Assembly (NCBI GenBank): GCA_035624615.1 | Contig: DASPRE010000066.1 | Span: forward strand, 16,555-80,554 | Length of the DNA: 64,000 nucleotides | DNA from: Burkholderiales bacterium | Lineage (GTDB): Bacteria; Pseudomonadota; Gammaproteobacteria; Burkholderiales; JAHFRG01 | Direction: 5' to 3' | Shown: in pieces, positions 12,886 through 25,013 of the stretch | Position numbering within the stretch: position 1 is the stretch's first letter | Layout: each line of letters starts with the position of its first letter | Notes under the pieces: model-generated | The model's database searches: none | What the model was told of the DNA's origin: nothing | The model's input: the letters and a program-made list of their open reading frames with translations, nothing else | Translations under genes and position numbers: made by a program

Positions 12886-13443
12886 ATGACTGCGGATGTG
12901 AAGAAATCAGCAGAGCAGAAAATGCAGAAGACGCTGGAGACGCTTAGAGCCGATCTCGGCAAGGTTCGGACTGGGCGAGCGCATGCTGGCATCCTCGATC
13001 ACGTGATGGTGGATTATTATGGGACGCAGATGCCGGTCAATCAGGTGGCGAATGTGACGCTGCTCGATGCGCGCACTGTCAGTGTTCACCCTTGGGAAAA
13101 AAAAATGGTGAACGTCATCGAAAAAGCGATTCGTGAATCCGATTTGGGTCTGAATCCGGCAACAGCCGGCGACGTGATACGGGTGCCTATGCCACCGCTC
13201 ACAGAGGAGCGCCGCAGGGATTTGATAAAAGTCGTAAGGCATGAAGCGGAGAATGCGCGGGTGGCGGTACGCAATATCCGGCGCGATGCCAACAATGCAA
13301 TGAAGGACCTCCTCAAGCAAAAAACTATTTCCGAAGACCAGGAGCGACGCTCACAAGTCGAAATACAGAAGCTCACCGACAGTTTTATTTCCGAGATAGA
13401 TAAGGCCCTGCAAAGCAAAGAAGCCGAGCTGATCGCGGTGTAA
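12886..13443 (+). CDS. frr: Ribosome recycling factor
   Basis: 185 aa. It shows [20 protein letters not shown] and [16 protein letters not shown]. Confidence 0.95.
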   Translation: MTADVKKSAEQKMQKTLETLRADLGKVRTGRAHAGILDHVMVDYYGTQMPVNQVANVTLLDARTVSVHPWEKKMVNVIEKAIRESDLGLNPATAGDVIRVPMPPLTEERRRDLIKVVRHEAENARVAVRNIRRDANNAMKDLLKQKTISEDQERRSQVEIQKLTDSFISEIDKALQSKEAELIAV

Positions 13444-13447
13444 GCCA

Positions 13448-14269
13448 GTGACCCTATTCCCCAATTCAACCAAGCAAATCCCGCAGGCAGGCAAAATTCC
13501 GCGCCACATCGCCATAATCATGGACGGAAACGGCAGGTGGGCCAAGCGCCGTTTTTTGCCCCGTGTGGCTGGCCACCGGCGGGGGGTCGAAGCGGTGAGA
13601 GAAGTTATCAAGGCCTGCGCTAAACAAGGCGTCGAGTTTCTCACGTTGTTTGCCTTCAGTAGCGAAAACTGGCGCCGCCCAAAGGAAGAAATCTCAGTGT
13701 TAATGCAATTATTTATACTCGCCTTGGAGCAGGAGGTCGCCAAGCTGCATGAAAACAATATTCGTTTCAAAGTGGCGGGTGACATAAATCGTTTTGAGCC
13801 TAGACTAACCAAACTAATCCGTGAAGCGGAGGCTTTGACTGCCGACAACACCATGCTGACACTTACTGTTGCCGCGAACTACGGCGGACGCTGGGACATC
13901 ATGCAGGCAGTGCAGCGCATGCTCGTGGATCACCCGAAGCTTGCCAAGGGATTCGACGAAGACGACCTTGCGCCATACTTGGCGATGCATTACGCGCCAG
14001 AGCCTGATCTTTTCATCCGTACCGGCGGAGAGCAGCGCATCAGCAATTTTCTGCTGTGGCAGATGGCTTATACCGAGATGTATTTTACCGAGACCTTGTG
14101 GCCTGATTTCGATTCCAAATCGTTGGATCTTGCCATATTGTCCTACCAGCAACGCGAGAGACGCTTTGGCCGCACTAGCGAGCAGCTTGAACAAGCACTG
14201 TCACCCGCAGCAAAAGCTGATGCGGTGGCCTTGCCTAAACCGCTGCGGCGCGCCAAGCAGAATGCTTAA
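13448..14269 (+). CDS. uppS: Ditrans,polycis-undecaprenyl-diphosphate synthase
   Basis: It shows [27 protein letters not shown] and [19 protein letters not shown] start is inferred. Confidence 0.9.
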   Translation: MTLFPNSTKQIPQAGKIPRHIAIIMDGNGRWAKRRFLPRVAGHRRGVEAVREVIKACAKQGVEFLTLFAFSSENWRRPKEEISVLMQLFILALEQEVAKLHENNIRFKVAGDINRFEPRLTKLIREAEALTADNTMLTLTVAANYGGRWDIMQAVQRMLVDHPKLAKGFDEDDLAPYLAMHYAPEPDLFIRTGGEQRISNFLLWQMAYTEMYFTETLWPDFDSKSLDLAILSYQQRERRFGRTSEQLEQALSPAAKADAVALPKPLRRAKQNA

Positions 14270-15092
14270 GACTCGCGTTATCACCGTACTTCTTCTGCTG
14301 CCCCCGTTTCTTGCCGCATTGTTTTATTTGCCGGTCTCCGGCTGGGTGCTGCTGACTTTTTTGATTACCGTGCTTGCTGCACGGGAATGGGCGCGGCTGG
14401 CGCAGATGCAAAAGTCCGCTGAGTTGCTGTTTATCCTTGCGGTGATCGCCAGTTGCTCGATTTTCATCTTGGTGCTGAAGCTTATGCACAATGTTGGGGT
14501 CGGTAATCTGAGTCTTGGTATTTATGCTGGGGCACTGGCATTTTGGCTGTTAGCCGTACCACTTTGGCTAGTTTACAATTGGCATCCAACCAGGACCTGG
14601 CTTGCATTGATCGGTTTATTGGTATTGGTAACCGCTTGGCTTGCGCTAGTGCAATTGCGCGAAATTGCTCCATCATTGATCTTGTGGTTGCTATCGGTAG
14701 TCTGGGTTGCCGATACCGCGGCATATTTCTGTGGCAAAAAATACGGCAAACGCAAACTTGCTCCAAATATTAGCCCCGGCAAAACCCTGGAAGGCGTATA
14801 TGGCGCTTTTGTTGCAGTGAGTGTGTACGCTATTGCCATTGTCGCGGTGAGCGGCAATCATAACCTTAGCGCATTCGGCAGGGTAGTGCCGGCTTATCTG
14901 CTCCTGATTTCGCACTGGTTTATAACCGGTTTGAGTATCATAGGGGATCTGTTTGAATCGTTGCTTAAACGGCACGCCGGGGTCAAAGACAGCGGGTCGA
15001 TTTTGCCAGGCCATGGCGGGATACTAGACCGGATAGATGGCGTGATTTCGACCTTGCCCGTGTTGGCGTTTTTTATATTTTACCGCGCTTGA
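14262..15092 (+). CDS. cdsA: Phosphatidate cytidylyltransferase
   Basis: The start was trimmed from the 407-aa ORF to ATG 14262 ([12 protein letters not shown]...). The protein is polytopic. It carries the CDS signature [28 protein letters not shown]. It overlaps uppS by 8 nt. Confidence 0.9.
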   Translation: MLKTRVITVLLLLPPFLAALFYLPVSGWVLLTFLITVLAAREWARLAQMQKSAELLFILAVIASCSIFILVLKLMHNVGVGNLSLGIYAGALAFWLLAVPLWLVYNWHPTRTWLALIGLLVLVTAWLALVQLREIAPSLILWLLSVVWVADTAAYFCGKKYGKRKLAPNISPGKTLEGVYGAFVAVSVYAIAIVAVSGNHNLSAFGRVVPAYLLLISHWFITGLSIIGDLFESLLKRHAGVKDSGSILPGHGGILDRIDGVISTLPVLAFFIFYRA

Positions 15093-15101
15093 AAACGCAA
15101 C

Positions 15102-16307
15102 ATGCAAAACATAACCATACTTGGCTCCACTGGCAGCATCGGCCTCAATACGCTTGATGTGATCGCACGCCATCCGGATCGTTTCAAGGTCGTGGCGCTT
15201 ACTGCTGGAAACAAAGTCGAGCTTCTGTTCGAACAGTGCCGGCGCTTTGCTCCCGTTTATGCGGTGCTGCGCGATGAGAATGGGGCCGAGCAGCTGCAAA
15301 CCTTGGTGAACAAAGCGGGCCTTGCCACCCAGGTGCTACAGGGCGTGGCGGCACTCGAAAAAGTTGCAACTTTACCTGACGTAAATGGGGTGATGGCGGC
15401 GATCGTGGGCGCCGCTGGCTTGCGCCCGACTCTGGCTGCGGCCAAAGCTGGCAAACGCGTAATGCTGGCCAACAAGGAAGCGCTAGTGATGTCGGGAAGC
15501 CTTTTCATGGAAGCGGTGCGGCATAATCATGCTACTCTGCTACCGGTCGACAGTGAGCACAATGCTATTTTCCAATCATTGCCTCGCAATTTCAGTGGCG
15601 ATCTTGTGGCAGTTGGAGTTAAGCGTATTCTGCTGACTGCTTCAGGCGGCCCCTTCTGCTCCACTCCGCTCAGTGAGCTCGAGCATATTACGCCGGATCA
15701 AGCCTGCGCACACCCCAATTGGGTTATGGGGCGCAAAATTTCCGTGGATTCGGCAACTATGATGAACAAAGGCTTGGAGGTCATCGAGGCCCACTGGCTG
15801 TTTAATGCATTAGAGAATCAAATTCAAGTGGTGATACACCAACAAAGTGTAATTCACTCTCTGGTCGAGTACGTGGACGGTTCTGTAATCGCGCAACTTG
15901 GCAACCCGGATATGCGTACCCCGATTGCCTACGCCTTGGCTTATCCCGAGCGTATTGAAGCTGGAGTGCAATCATTGGATTTGTTTAAGATCGGCACTCT
16001 CAATTTCGAAGCGCCGGACTTAAACCGCTTTCCATGCCTACGACTTGCTTATCAGGCTTTGCAGCGTGGAGAGGCGGCTCCCACCATTCTAAACGCGGCA
16101 AACGAAGTCGCAGTAGCCAATTTTCTCGCTGAACGCATGCCTTACAAACATATACCGTTACTTATCGAGGCGGTGCTGGACAAGATGACTGTGAAATCCA
16201 TCGGCTGTCTTGACGACGTCCTGGAAGCAGACCGTATGGCACGCACTTTTGCCGACGAGTGGCTCGCCGCATCGCGGCCCGGGTTTGCCGCTAGGGCTGC
16301 GCGATAA
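15102..16307 (+). CDS. dxr: 1-deoxy-D-xylulose-5-phosphate reductoisomerase
   Basis: It shows [31 protein letters not shown] and [27 protein letters not shown]. Confidence 0.95.
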   Translation: MQNITILGSTGSIGLNTLDVIARHPDRFKVVALTAGNKVELLFEQCRRFAPVYAVLRDENGAEQLQTLVNKAGLATQVLQGVAALEKVATLPDVNGVMAAIVGAAGLRPTLAAAKAGKRVMLANKEALVMSGSLFMEAVRHNHATLLPVDSEHNAIFQSLPRNFSGDLVAVGVKRILLTASGGPFCSTPLSELEHITPDQACAHPNWVMGRKISVDSATMMNKGLEVIEAHWLFNALENQIQVVIHQQSVIHSLVEYVDGSVIAQLGNPDMRTPIAYALAYPERIEAGVQSLDLFKIGTLNFEAPDLNRFPCLRLAYQALQRGEAAPTILNAANEVAVANFLAERMPYKHIPLLIEAVLDKMTVKSIGCLDDVLEADRMARTFADEWLAASRPGFAARAAR

Positions 16308-16350
16308 GCCTGTTTATGGTTTCCTATTAAGCTTTAATCTCGGATTCGTT

Positions 16351-17715
16351 ATGAAATTGCTGTTTACTCTGGCCGCATTTGCGCTCGCCCTCGGTTTGCT
16401 CATTGTGTTTCATGAATTGGGGCATTACTGGTTGGCGCGACTTTGCGGGGTGAAAGTTTTGCGCTTTTCGATAGGGTTCGGCAGACCGTTATGGAAGCGG
16501 CGTTTTGTGAAGGACGGCACGGAATGGGTGCTGGCGGCATTTCCGTTCGGTGGCTACGTCAAAATGGTTGACGAAAATGAAGGCGAAGTCGCGCCAAAAG
16601 ATCTGCCCCGTGCGTTTAATAGGCAGCCGGTCTACAGGCGCTTCGGCATCGTGCTGGCCGGCCCGGTGGCAAATTTTCTGCTGGCGATACTGCTGTATTG
16701 GGCCTTGTTCATCCATGGTGTGCCGGGGCTAAAGCCGATCATTGGCCCGGTTCCTGCGGCGACCCCGGCAGCGTTTGCCGGGTTCAAAGAAGAAGAAGCC
16801 ATTCTCAAGATCAATGGGGAAAACATGGCCACTTGGCAGGACGTTCGCTGGCTACTTTTGCAACAGGCTTTGCAGAGATCCGTGGTGACCGTAGAGGTCA
16901 GTAACCCGCGCGGTGAAATTACCTGGCACAAACTGGATCTAAGCAGCTTGACCGTCTCGGACCTCGATACTGATTTCATGAAAATACTTGGCTTGAGCCG
17001 ATACCAGCCCCAGGTTGAACCTATTATTGGGCAGCTGATCTCGGGTGGACCGGGTGAACGCAGCGGCCTCATGCCCGATGATGAAATTCTTGCCATCAAC
17101 GGCAAAAAAGTTGCAATTTGGGATGATGTAGTGCGAATAGTACGAAGTCACCCCTCACGAGTTGTTGAGTTTGAGATCAAACGCGGTAAACAGCGACTTA
17201 CCATTACGCTCACACCCGAAACGGTACAGGATAACGGCGAGCAAATTGGCAGAATTGGCGCGGCGCCGAAAATCGACCGCGCCGCTTTGCAAATGCTTCT
17301 TGCCGAGGAAAAGTATCCGTTCGGACTGGCCTTTTCGAAAGCGCTGAAAAAGACCTGGGAAACCTCCGCGTTCAGCCTGAAAATGCTTGGCAAAATGCTG
17401 GTCGGAGAAATTTCCTGGAAAAACGTAAGCGGACCCATCACTATCGCTGATTACGCAGGGCAGTCAGCGCAGATCGGTTGGGAGGCCTATCTGAATTTCA
17501 TTGCGTTGATCAGCATCAGCCTCGGGGTACTCAATTTGCTGCCGGTTCCGCTGCTGGATGGCGGGCACTTGATGTATTACCTTGTGGAAATTATCAAGGG
17601 AAAGCCGATCTCAGAAAAAGCCCAACAAATTGGCCAGCACATCGGCATTGCATTATTGTTTATATTGATGGCCTTCGCTATCTACAATGATATCAATCGG
17701 CTGATTGCCGGTTAA
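16351..17715 (+). CDS. rseP: RIP zinc metalloprotease RseP
   Basis: The start was trimmed to ATG 16351. It has HELGH in the first TM segment, PDZ-like central region(s) and the C-terminal NLLPVPLLDGGH motif. Confidence 0.9.
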   Translation: MKLLFTLAAFALALGLLIVFHELGHYWLARLCGVKVLRFSIGFGRPLWKRRFVKDGTEWVLAAFPFGGYVKMVDENEGEVAPKDLPRAFNRQPVYRRFGIVLAGPVANFLLAILLYWALFIHGVPGLKPIIGPVPAATPAAFAGFKEEEAILKINGENMATWQDVRWLLLQQALQRSVVTVEVSNPRGEITWHKLDLSSLTVSDLDTDFMKILGLSRYQPQVEPIIGQLISGGPGERSGLMPDDEILAINGKKVAIWDDVVRIVRSHPSRVVEFEIKRGKQRLTITLTPETVQDNGEQIGRIGAAPKIDRAALQMLLAEEKYPFGLAFSKALKKTWETSAFSLKMLGKMLVGEISWKNVSGPITIADYAGQSAQIGWEAYLNFIALISISLGVLNLLPVPLLDGGHLMYYLVEIIKGKPISEKAQQIGQHIGIALLFILMAFAIYNDINRLIAG

Positions 17716-17724
17716 TACAACATA

Positions 17725-19992
17725 ATGAAAAAAAATTGTCTGGTAATCCTGTTGCTGTGCCTTTGCACCGCAACCGCGCAGGCTATAGAACCTTTCGTGA
17801 TCAAAGATATCAGGGTGGAAGGAATACAGCGCACCGAGGCCGGCACCGTCTTCAGCTACCTGCCTGTGAAGGTGGGCGACATTATGAACGATGAAAAAGC
17901 GGCGGCGGCGATCAAGGCGCTGTTCGCTACCGGATTTTTCAAGGATGTAAGGCTGGAAGTGGAAAACGACGTGCTGATCGTTATTGTGGACGAACGGCCG
18001 GCAATTGCGCAGATAAATATTGTAGGCGCAAAAGATATTAGCAGTGATGACCTGAAAAAAAGTTTGAGGCAGGTCGGTCTTGCCGAATCGAGGATTTTTG
18101 ATAAGGCGCTACTAGACAAGGCTGAGCAAGAACTGAAGCGCCAGTACATCTCCCGTGGCAGATATGCTGCGACGGTCACCACCACAGTTACCCCCCTCGA
18201 GCGCAATCGCGTGGCAATTACTTTCAATATATCCGAAGGGGAAGTCGCCAAAATCAGGCAAATCAATATCGTCGGGAATCATGCATTTCCGGAAAAAGAA
18301 CTGGTGGATTTATTCACGCTGACGACACCGGGATTGCTTACTATTTTTACCAAGAACGACCAGTACTCCAAGCAGAAACTCGCCGGCGACCTTGAAACCT
18401 TGCGCTCGTTTTATCTCAACCGCGGATACATCGAATTCAACATTGATTCCACGCAGGTTTCAATTACTCCCAACAAAACGGATATTTACATCACCGTCAC
18501 CATAACCGAAGGTCCAAAATTTACGGTATCCGATATCAAACTCGCGGGGGAACTGCTGTTGCCGGAAGCAGAGCTACGTGAACTAATCCAAATTAAGCCG
18601 GGCGATGTTTTCTCGCGAGAAAAGCTTACTGAATCCAGCAAGTTGATTGCGGACAAACTGGGCAATGAAGGATATGCGTTTGCCAATGTAAATGCCGTGC
18701 CCGACCTCAATAAAGCAAAACGACAGGTCGCTTTTACTTTCTTTATCGATCCAGGGCGCAGGGTGTACGTGCGCCGCATCAATATAATAGGCAACACGCG
18801 CACCCGTGATGAAGTGATACGGCGTGAAATAAGGCAACTCGAGGGGGGCTGGTATAACGCAGGTCTCATCAACCGTTCCAAACAGCGTATAGACAAACTG
18901 GGTTATTTTTCCGACGTGAATGTTGAGACTCCGGCGGTGCCCGGCACCACCGATCAGGTGGATGTGAATTTCAGCGTCACTGAAAAAGCAACCGGCAACA
19001 TTTTGCTCGGCGTAGGCTATTCCGACGCGGAAGGCATCATCCTTACCGCATCGGTGTCGCAAAACAATATCTTCGGTTCCGGTAACTTTGTTTCAGCACA
19101 GGTCAACAGCGGCAGCGTAAACAAGGTGTATTCTCTGTCTTTCACCAACCCATATTTCACCATAGATGGGGTAAGCGCCGGTTTTGATATTTACAAGCGC
19201 AACGTTGACACGTCGTCGCTAACTACCGCCCCATACGAGACTTCAACACTTGGCGGGGCGGTTCGCTTTGGCATCCCGGTCACCGATTTTGACACCATCA
19301 ATTACGGTCTTGGTTGGGAAGAAACCAGCACGACGGTTTTCCCAACCAGTCCGCCGGATTATATTAATTTTGTCCGGGAATTTGGCAGCGTCACGACGAC
19401 CTTGCTGGGGTCTATTGGTTTTGCGCATGACGGCCGCGACAGCGTGATCTACACGACCAGCGGCGGGTTGCTCAGGCTCGGGGCGGAAATAGGCTTGCCA
19501 GGCGCGGCGCTGCAATATTACAAACTTTCATATCAGCAGCAGCATTATTTTCCAATCACCAAATTTTTTACCCTGTTGCTCGACGGAGAACTGGGCATGG
19601 GGGACGGTTACAGCGGCCAGTCGTTGCCTTTCTACAAGAACTTTTTTGCTGGTGGCAGCACCTCAGTGCGCGGATTTGATACCAATTCTATCGGCCCAAA
19701 GGACATTCAGGGCAACGCGGTGGGGGGCACGCGCCGCATAGTAGGCAGTGCTGAAGTTCTGTTCCCTATGCCCGGTTTTACTGAAGTGAAGGCATTGAGA
19801 CTCGGTACTTTTGTGGACACGGGCACGGTGGCCGATACGTGGCATTTCAGCACCTTGCGCGTTTCAACAGGGTTGAGTGTTTCATGGAGCTCGCCTTTTG
19901 GACCGCTCAAATTCAGCATTGCAGAGCCACTGCGGACCTTTAACGGTGATAAAATACAGCATTTCCAGTTCACATTTGGAACTTCGTTCTAA
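17725..19992 (+). CDS. bamA: Outer membrane protein assembly factor BamA
   Basis: 755 aa with a signal peptide. It has POTRA repeats ([12 protein letters not shown]..., IRQINIVGN..., [20 protein letters not shown]) and a C-terminal beta-barrel ending FQFTFGTSF. Confidence 0.95.
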   Translation: MKKNCLVILLLCLCTATAQAIEPFVIKDIRVEGIQRTEAGTVFSYLPVKVGDIMNDEKAAAAIKALFATGFFKDVRLEVENDVLIVIVDERPAIAQINIVGAKDISSDDLKKSLRQVGLAESRIFDKALLDKAEQELKRQYISRGRYAATVTTTVTPLERNRVAITFNISEGEVAKIRQINIVGNHAFPEKELVDLFTLTTPGLLTIFTKNDQYSKQKLAGDLETLRSFYLNRGYIEFNIDSTQVSITPNKTDIYITVTITEGPKFTVSDIKLAGELLLPEAELRELIQIKPGDVFSREKLTESSKLIADKLGNEGYAFANVNAVPDLNKAKRQVAFTFFIDPGRRVYVRRINIIGNTRTRDEVIRREIRQLEGGWYNAGLINRSKQRIDKLGYFSDVNVETPAVPGTTDQVDVNFSVTEKATGNILLGVGYSDAEGIILTASVSQNNIFGSGNFVSAQVNSGSVNKVYSLSFTNPYFTIDGVSAGFDIYKRNVDTSSLTTAPYETSTLGGAVRFGIPVTDFDTINYGLGWEETSTTVFPTSPPDYINFVREFGSVTTTLLGSIGFAHDGRDSVIYTTSGGLLRLGAEIGLPGAALQYYKLSYQQQHYFPITKFFTLLLDGELGMGDGYSGQSLPFYKNFFAGGSTSVRGFDTNSIGPKDIQGNAVGGTRRIVGSAEVLFPMPGFTEVKALRLGTFVDTGTVADTWHFSTLRVSTGLSVSWSSPFGPLKFSIAEPLRTFNGDKIQHFQFTFGTSF

Positions 19993-20015
19993 GCCTGAAA
20001 GTAAGGAGATTTAAG

Positions 20016-20525
20016 TTGAAAATTTTAAATTTTGCCGTGGCCGCCGCATTGGCTTTTGGCGCCATCAACGTCGAAGCTGCCGACCAGCTTAAGATCGGCG
20101 TAGTGAATCTCGAGCGCGTGTTGCGAGAAGCCGTCCCGGCAATTAACGCCCAAAAGAAACTCGAAAAAGAATTTGCCACGAGGGAACAGGAGCTGCAGAA
20201 GGTCAGTAAGCAGATCAAAGACCTTCAGGCTGCTCTCGATAAGGAAAATCCAACCATGAGCGAACCGGAGCGACGCGCCAAGGAGCAAGATCTCGCCAGG
20301 ATGAATCTTGATTTTCAGCGTATGCAGCGGGAATACCGGGAGGACGCCAACCTGCGCAGAAATGAAGAGCTGGCTTCGGTGATTGAGCGCGCGAACAAAG
20401 TAGTTCAGGAAATCGCCACGACCGAAAAATTCGACTTAATCTTGCAGGACGCGGTATACATCAGCCCCCGAATCGATATAACCGACAAGGTAATTAAGGC
20501 GCTGGCCGAGCCGCCCTCCAAATGA
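20016..20525 (+). CDS. skp: Periplasmic chaperone Skp (OmpH family)
   Basis: 169 aa. A TTG start follows an AAGGAG Shine-Dalgarno. It has a signal peptide and a K/E/Q-rich coiled-coil body. It sits between bamA and lpxD. Confidence 0.8.
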   Translation: MKILNFAVAAALAFGAINVEAADQLKIGVVNLERVLREAVPAINAQKKLEKEFATREQELQKVSKQIKDLQAALDKENPTMSEPERRAKEQDLARMNLDFQRMQREYREDANLRRNEELASVIERANKVVQEIATTEKFDLILQDAVYISPRIDITDKVIKALAEPPSK

Positions 20526-20541
20526 GCAGCAACTTTGTTTG

Positions 20542-21591
20542 ATGGCTTCCAGGGAAAAGGGTCACAGCTTAGGCAGCATCGTCGAGCGCTTCGGTGGCGA
20601 AGTCATCGGCGACAAGAACCTCTCCGTCACGCAAGTTGCTCCGCTGGACCTTGCACAACCCTGGCATTTGTCTTTCCTTTCGCAACCCAAATACCGTAGC
20701 CAGCTGGAAACGACTAGGGCTGGAGCAGTGATTCTCGGACGGGAATTACGCGATTTGACCTCGCTGCCGCGCATCGTCTGCGACGACCCTTATGTTTATT
20801 TCGCAAAAGTTTCTGCTTTTTTCAACCCGGCAAAAATACCGCCGCCTGGGGCGCATCCCAGCGCAGTGGTATCAACCAGCGCGCGAATTCCCGCTTCAGC
20901 AACAGTCGGTGCCCATGCGTGCATCGGAGAAAATGCGGTTCTCGGGGAGGGCACGGTAATAGGTTCCGGTTGTTTCGTAGGTGACGGCGTGAAGATAGGA
21001 GACGCATGTTATTTGCACCCTCGTGTAGTGATTTACCATCAGTGCACAATCGGAGACCGAGTGATTCTCCAATCCGGTGTGGTGATCGGAGCCGATGGTT
21101 TCGGAATTGCCATGGACCAGGGGCGTTGGATTAAGATTCCGCAAATCGGTAGGGTGATTATCGGCAGCGACGTGGAGATCGGAGCCAACACTACCGTGGA
21201 CCGGGGCGCAATGGGAGATACGGTAATTGAAGACGGGGTCAAGCTGGATAATCTGATACAAGTAGGCCATAACGTGCGCATCGGGGCGCATACCGCTATC
21301 GCAGGCTGCGTTGGCATTGCCGGCAGTACAAAAATCGGACGCTACTGTAAAATTGGCGGCGCAGCGATGATAAGCGGGCATTTGCAAATCGCCGATAACG
21401 TGACCATTTCAGGAGCTACCGGGGTTGGCAAAACGATAACCAAAGCCGGCATATATACTTCGGCCTATCCGGCCGAGCCACACCATGAATGGCTGAAGAA
21501 CGCTGTGCACCTGCGCCACTTGCACGAATTGGCAAGAAAAATCCAAAATCTCGAGCAACAGAGCAAAAAATCGAAGAGGAAAATAAAGTGA
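20542..21591 (+). CDS. lpxD: UDP-3-O-acylglucosamine N-acyltransferase
   Basis: It has a left-handed beta-helix with hexapeptide repeats across the central region. Its position in the skp-lpxD-fabZ-lpxA block supports the call. Confidence 0.9.
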   Translation: MASREKGHSLGSIVERFGGEVIGDKNLSVTQVAPLDLAQPWHLSFLSQPKYRSQLETTRAGAVILGRELRDLTSLPRIVCDDPYVYFAKVSAFFNPAKIPPPGAHPSAVVSTSARIPASATVGAHACIGENAVLGEGTVIGSGCFVGDGVKIGDACYLHPRVVIYHQCTIGDRVILQSGVVIGADGFGIAMDQGRWIKIPQIGRVIIGSDVEIGANTTVDRGAMGDTVIEDGVKLDNLIQVGHNVRIGAHTAIAGCVGIAGSTKIGRYCKIGGAAMISGHLQIADNVTISGATGVGKTITKAGIYTSAYPAEPHHEWLKNAVHLRHLHELARKIQNLEQQSKKSKRKIK

Positions 21592-21596
21592 GCGGT

Positions 21597-22031
21597 ATGG
21601 ACGTCAGCGAAATCATGCAGTACTTGCCACATCGCTATCCATTCCTGCTGGTGGACCGTGTCATTTCCATTGAGCCGGGTAAGAGCATAGTTGCCATCAA
21701 AAATGTCACTATCAACGAGCCGTTTTTTGTGGGCCATTTTCCCCAGCAGCCAATTATGCCTGGCGTGATGATTCTCGAGGCTTTGGCACAGGCTTCTGCC
21801 ATCCTTTCATTCAAAACGGACAATTTTAAAGTCAACGACGAATCGGTCTATTATTTTGTCGGAATTGACAACGCGCGCTTCAAGAAGCCGGTTGTGGTAG
21901 GAGATCAATTACTTCTTCACGCTACTCTTACACGGCATATCAAGGGTTTTTGGAAATTTACCGCTCAGGCTAAGGTCGGCGACGAGGTGGTCGCCGAAGC
22001 AGAGTTGATATGTGCTGTGCGGGCGAAATGA
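21597..22031 (+). CDS. fabZ: 3-hydroxyacyl-ACP dehydratase FabZ
   Basis: It shows [13 protein letters not shown] and [26 protein letters not shown] 21597 was chosen, with GTG 21588 as an alternative. Confidence 0.9.
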   Translation: MDVSEIMQYLPHRYPFLLVDRVISIEPGKSIVAIKNVTINEPFFVGHFPQQPIMPGVMILEALAQASAILSFKTDNFKVNDESVYYFVGIDNARFKKPVVVGDQLLLHATLTRHIKGFWKFTAQAKVGDEVVAEAELICAVRAK

Positions 22032-22798
22032 TTCACTCGACTGCAATTATTCATCCTGGGGCCAAGCTTGCGCCGGATGTCGAAGTGGGTGCCTATACAA
22101 TTATTGGAGATAATGTGGAAATCGGCGCGGGCACGCGGATTGGTCCACATGCTGTGATTCTGGGGCCAACCCGCATCGGCTTAAATAACCGGATATACCA
22201 GTTTGTCTCCCTCGGGGATGTTCCACAGGACAAGAAATATGGCGGGGAAGCGACTTGGCTCGAAATCGGCAACGGCAATACCATCCGCGAGTTCTGCACC
22301 TTTAACCGTGGCACAGTGCAGGATGTCGGTGTCACCCGGGTCGGCGACGACAACTGGATTATGGCTTACGTGCACTTGGCGCACGACTGCCAGATTGGCA
22401 GCCATACCATTTTCGCCAACAACGTGCATCTTGCCGGTCACATTCATGTGGGTGACTACGCCGTGCTCGGCGGATTTGTAGGCGTTCACCAGTTCTGTCA
22501 CATAGGAGCGCACAGCATGTTGGGAGCCGGCAGCATCGTAAGGCAAGACGTTCCGCCATATGTCACAGCTTCAGGAAATACCGCCAAACCCCATGGGATC
22601 AACTCCGAGGGGTTGAAACGGCGCGGGTTCGCATCAGAGTCTATCGCCGCCATCAAGCGCGCTTATAAGACTTTATATAAATCCGGGCTGGCTCTGGACG
22701 AAGCTAAACAAGCGATAGCAGCAGAACTACCACAATGCCCGGAGCTTGGCCTATTTGTCGAATTTCTTGATCAAAGCCAGCGCGGCCTCATCCGCTGA
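22028..22798 (+). CDS. lpxA: Acyl-ACP--UDP-N-acetylglucosamine O-acyltransferase
   Basis: The N-terminus is [14 protein letters not shown], followed by hexapeptide repeats. There is an ATGA overlap with fabZ. Confidence 0.9.
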   Translation: MIHSTAIIHPGAKLAPDVEVGAYTIIGDNVEIGAGTRIGPHAVILGPTRIGLNNRIYQFVSLGDVPQDKKYGGEATWLEIGNGNTIREFCTFNRGTVQDVGVTRVGDDNWIMAYVHLAHDCQIGSHTIFANNVHLAGHIHVGDYAVLGGFVGVHQFCHIGAHSMLGAGSIVRQDVPPYVTASGNTAKPHGINSEGLKRRGFASESIAAIKRAYKTLYKSGLALDEAKQAIAAELPQCPELGLFVEFLDQSQRGLIR

Positions 22799-22804
22799 AA
22801 TTTC

Positions 22805-24007
22805 ATGAATCCAGCGCAATCTCCGCGCCCCAGCATCGGCATGGTAGCTACGGAAGCATCGGGAGACCAACTCGGCGCTCACTTGATTTGCGCGTTGAAA
22901 GCACATCTTCCACAAGCGCAATTTGTTGGCATAGGCGGGCCCAAAATGTTGGCAGCGGGAATAGATTCGCTGTTTTCCATGGATAAACTCGCTAGGCATG
23001 GTTACGTGGAAATTTTGCGTCATTTGCCGCAAATCATTTGGATCCGACGAAAGCTTCGGAATTACTTTTTGCGGCACCGACCGCAGATCTTGATTGGGAT
23101 AGACTCGCCGGATTTCAACCTTGGCCTGGAGGAAAAACTAAAGAAACGCGGCGTACCCACGGTTCATTTCGTAAGCCCTTCAATCTGGGCTTGGCGCGCT
23201 GAACGAATTCATAAAATCAAGCGAGCGGTGTCGCATATGCTGACATTATTTCCTTTTGAGGCTCCGATTTATGAAAAAGCCGGAATACCGGTGACCTATG
23301 TCGGCCATCCGCTTGCCGAATTGCTTCCTGATGCGCCTGACCGCGAAGCTGCGCGCGAGCAAATGCGCCTGACGCCTAACGCGAAAATCTTTGCGCTATT
23401 GCCGGGAAGCAGACAAAATGAATTGCAATATATGGCAGATACGTTTATTGAAACTGCAAAGCGCATTTTGCAAGAGCAGGCCGACGCGCATTTTCTCGTA
23501 CCACTGCACAGCCGCGAAACACGCGACCAGTTTGAAGTCGCCTTATACCGAAACAATGCGCAGGATTTACCTCTGACTATATTATTTGGGCACACGCATA
23601 ACGCCCTGACAGTTGCTGACGCCGCACTAATTGCTTCCGGAACAGCTACTCTGGAAGCGCTGCTGCTCAAGTGTCCGATGGTTATCACTTACAAGGCCAA
23701 TGAGCTTAGTTTTCGCATGGTCAAGAGCAAGTATCACTTGCCGTATGTAGGCCTGCCTAACATCTTGGCTGGCGAATTCATCGTTCCGGAAATCCTGCAA
23801 CGCGACGCAACCCCAGAAAATCTGGCGCAAGCTCTACTGAACTTGGCCGCAGACCAGACCGTGGTCGAGCGCTTGCGTCGGAAATTCAGCGCGATTCATG
23901 CGAAGTTGAGACAAAACACCGCACAGCGTGCAGCGCAGGCCATATTGCCGTATCTTGAAAGCCAGGGAGTGACATGTGATCCAGCGGCCGATTTGCGGGG
24001 TGGATGA
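22805..24007 (+). CDS. lpxB: Lipid-A-disaccharide synthase
   Basis: 400 aa. It shows [30 protein letters not shown] and ASGTATLEA. Confidence 0.9.
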   Translation: MNPAQSPRPSIGMVATEASGDQLGAHLICALKAHLPQAQFVGIGGPKMLAAGIDSLFSMDKLARHGYVEILRHLPQIIWIRRKLRNYFLRHRPQILIGIDSPDFNLGLEEKLKKRGVPTVHFVSPSIWAWRAERIHKIKRAVSHMLTLFPFEAPIYEKAGIPVTYVGHPLAELLPDAPDREAAREQMRLTPNAKIFALLPGSRQNELQYMADTFIETAKRILQEQADAHFLVPLHSRETRDQFEVALYRNNAQDLPLTILFGHTHNALTVADAALIASGTATLEALLLKCPMVITYKANELSFRMVKSKYHLPYVGLPNILAGEFIVPEILQRDATPENLAQALLNLAADQTVVERLRRKFSAIHAKLRQNTAQRAAQAILPYLESQGVTCDPAADLRGG

Positions 24008-24554
24008 GGCGGGGAGGGGGCCGCTTGCCGGCCCGGTATACGCTGCTTGTGTCATGTTGAACCCGCGCCGCAAAATATACGGCCTAGCGGATTCCAAGCA
24101 GTTGAGCGCGGTGAGGCGCGAACAGCTCGCCTCAGAAATCAAGTCCTGCGCGCTGGCCTGGGCGATTGCCTCGGCGAGCGTCGAGGAAATCGACCGTATA
24201 AATATCCTGCAGGCCAGCCTGCTTGCAATGAAGCGCGCAGTAGAAAATCTTTCGATGGAACCGGTAGAAGTATTAATTGACGGTTTGCATTGTCCGCGGC
24301 TCGAATACCCCACACGCGCTATCGTCAAAGGGGATCAAAAAATTCCTGAGATAATGGCTGCCTCGATACTGGCCAAAACGGCGCGCGACGCGGAAATGCT
24401 TGCACTGCACTGGCAATTTCCGCAATATGGTTTTGACCGGCACAAGGGTTACCCGACCTTGCAGCATCTCGCCGCATTGCAAATCTACGGTGTGAGTGAA
24501 ATACACCGACGCAGCTTTGCGCCGGTGAGGGTCTTGGTCAAGGCATACGGATAA
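23976..24554 (+). CDS. rnhB: Ribonuclease HII
   Basis: It shows [21 protein letters not shown] and [12 protein letters not shown] start overlaps the lpxB end by 32 nt. Confidence 0.9.
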   Translation: MIQRPICGVDEAGRGPLAGPVYAACVMLNPRRKIYGLADSKQLSAVRREQLASEIKSCALAWAIASASVEEIDRINILQASLLAMKRAVENLSMEPVEVLIDGLHCPRLEYPTRAIVKGDQKIPEIMAASILAKTARDAEMLALHWQFPQYGFDRHKGYPTLQHLAALQIYGVSEIHRRSFAPVRVLVKAYG

Positions 24555-24557
24555 AAT

Positions 24558-25013
24558 ATGGCTTTCGCCAGGCTTCTGCATGTATTTGGAATCGTAGTAT
24601 GGGTAGGCGGAATGTTTTTCGCCTACTTGGCACTGCGCCCCGCAGCTATGCAGGAGCTTGAGCCGGCACCAAGGCTCAAGCTGTGGCAGGGCGTGTTGAA
24701 GAGGTTCTTTTTCTGGGTGTGGTTTGCTGTTGCGCTGTTACTCGGCAGCGGCTTATACATGATGCGGCATTTGGGCAGCATGAGCGTGCCAATTTACGCC
24801 TATTTGATGATGGTCACAGGACTACTCATGGTTTTAATTTTCATGCATGTGTTCTTCGCTCCGTTTCGACGCCTGCGGCTCTCAGTTGCTGCTCAAGACT
24901 GGAGCACTGCCGGTACTGCATTGAACCAAATTCGCATTTTAGTGGCTGCCAATTTGATTTTGGGCCTAATTAATATCGCGGTAGCCACCCTTGGCCCAAC
25001 CATTGCCGCTTGA
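24558..25013 (+). CDS. Small integral membrane protein, CopD/HemJ-like
   Basis: 151 aa with about 4 hydrophobic segments. The N-terminal motif LLHVFGIVVWVGGMFF resembles the H-x6-W-xGG motif of the CopD/HemJ-type families. The function is not established. Confidence 0.45.
   Translation: MAFARLLHVFGIVVWVGGMFFAYLALRPAAMQELEPAPRLKLWQGVLKRFFFWVWFAVALLLGSGLYMMRHLGSMSVPIYAYLMMVTGLLMVLIFMHVFFAPFRRLRLSVAAQDWSTAGTALNQIRILVAANLILGLINIAVATLGPTIAA

Noticed and set aside
13097-13105. An A9 homopolymer inside frr (also A8 runs at about 2473 in ligA and about 27901 in the TrmH gene) as possible slippage or phase-variation sites.
   Set aside because: The reading frames are intact. The runs encode Lys-rich segments (EKKM, EKKEKE, AKKT) in essential or housekeeping genes. 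There is no evidence of a frameshift.
13869-14261. The N-terminal 131 codons of the 407-aa ORF that contains cdsA.
   Set aside because: This part overlaps uppS in another frame and translates to low-complexity Cys/Arg/Ser-rich sequence. The CdsA homology and TM profile begin at ATG 14262. The same logic was applied to the 5' extensions of rseP (16210), degP (33520), pgsA (46803), the MMPL gene (50642), the monooxygenase (56514) and the membrane protein (55256).
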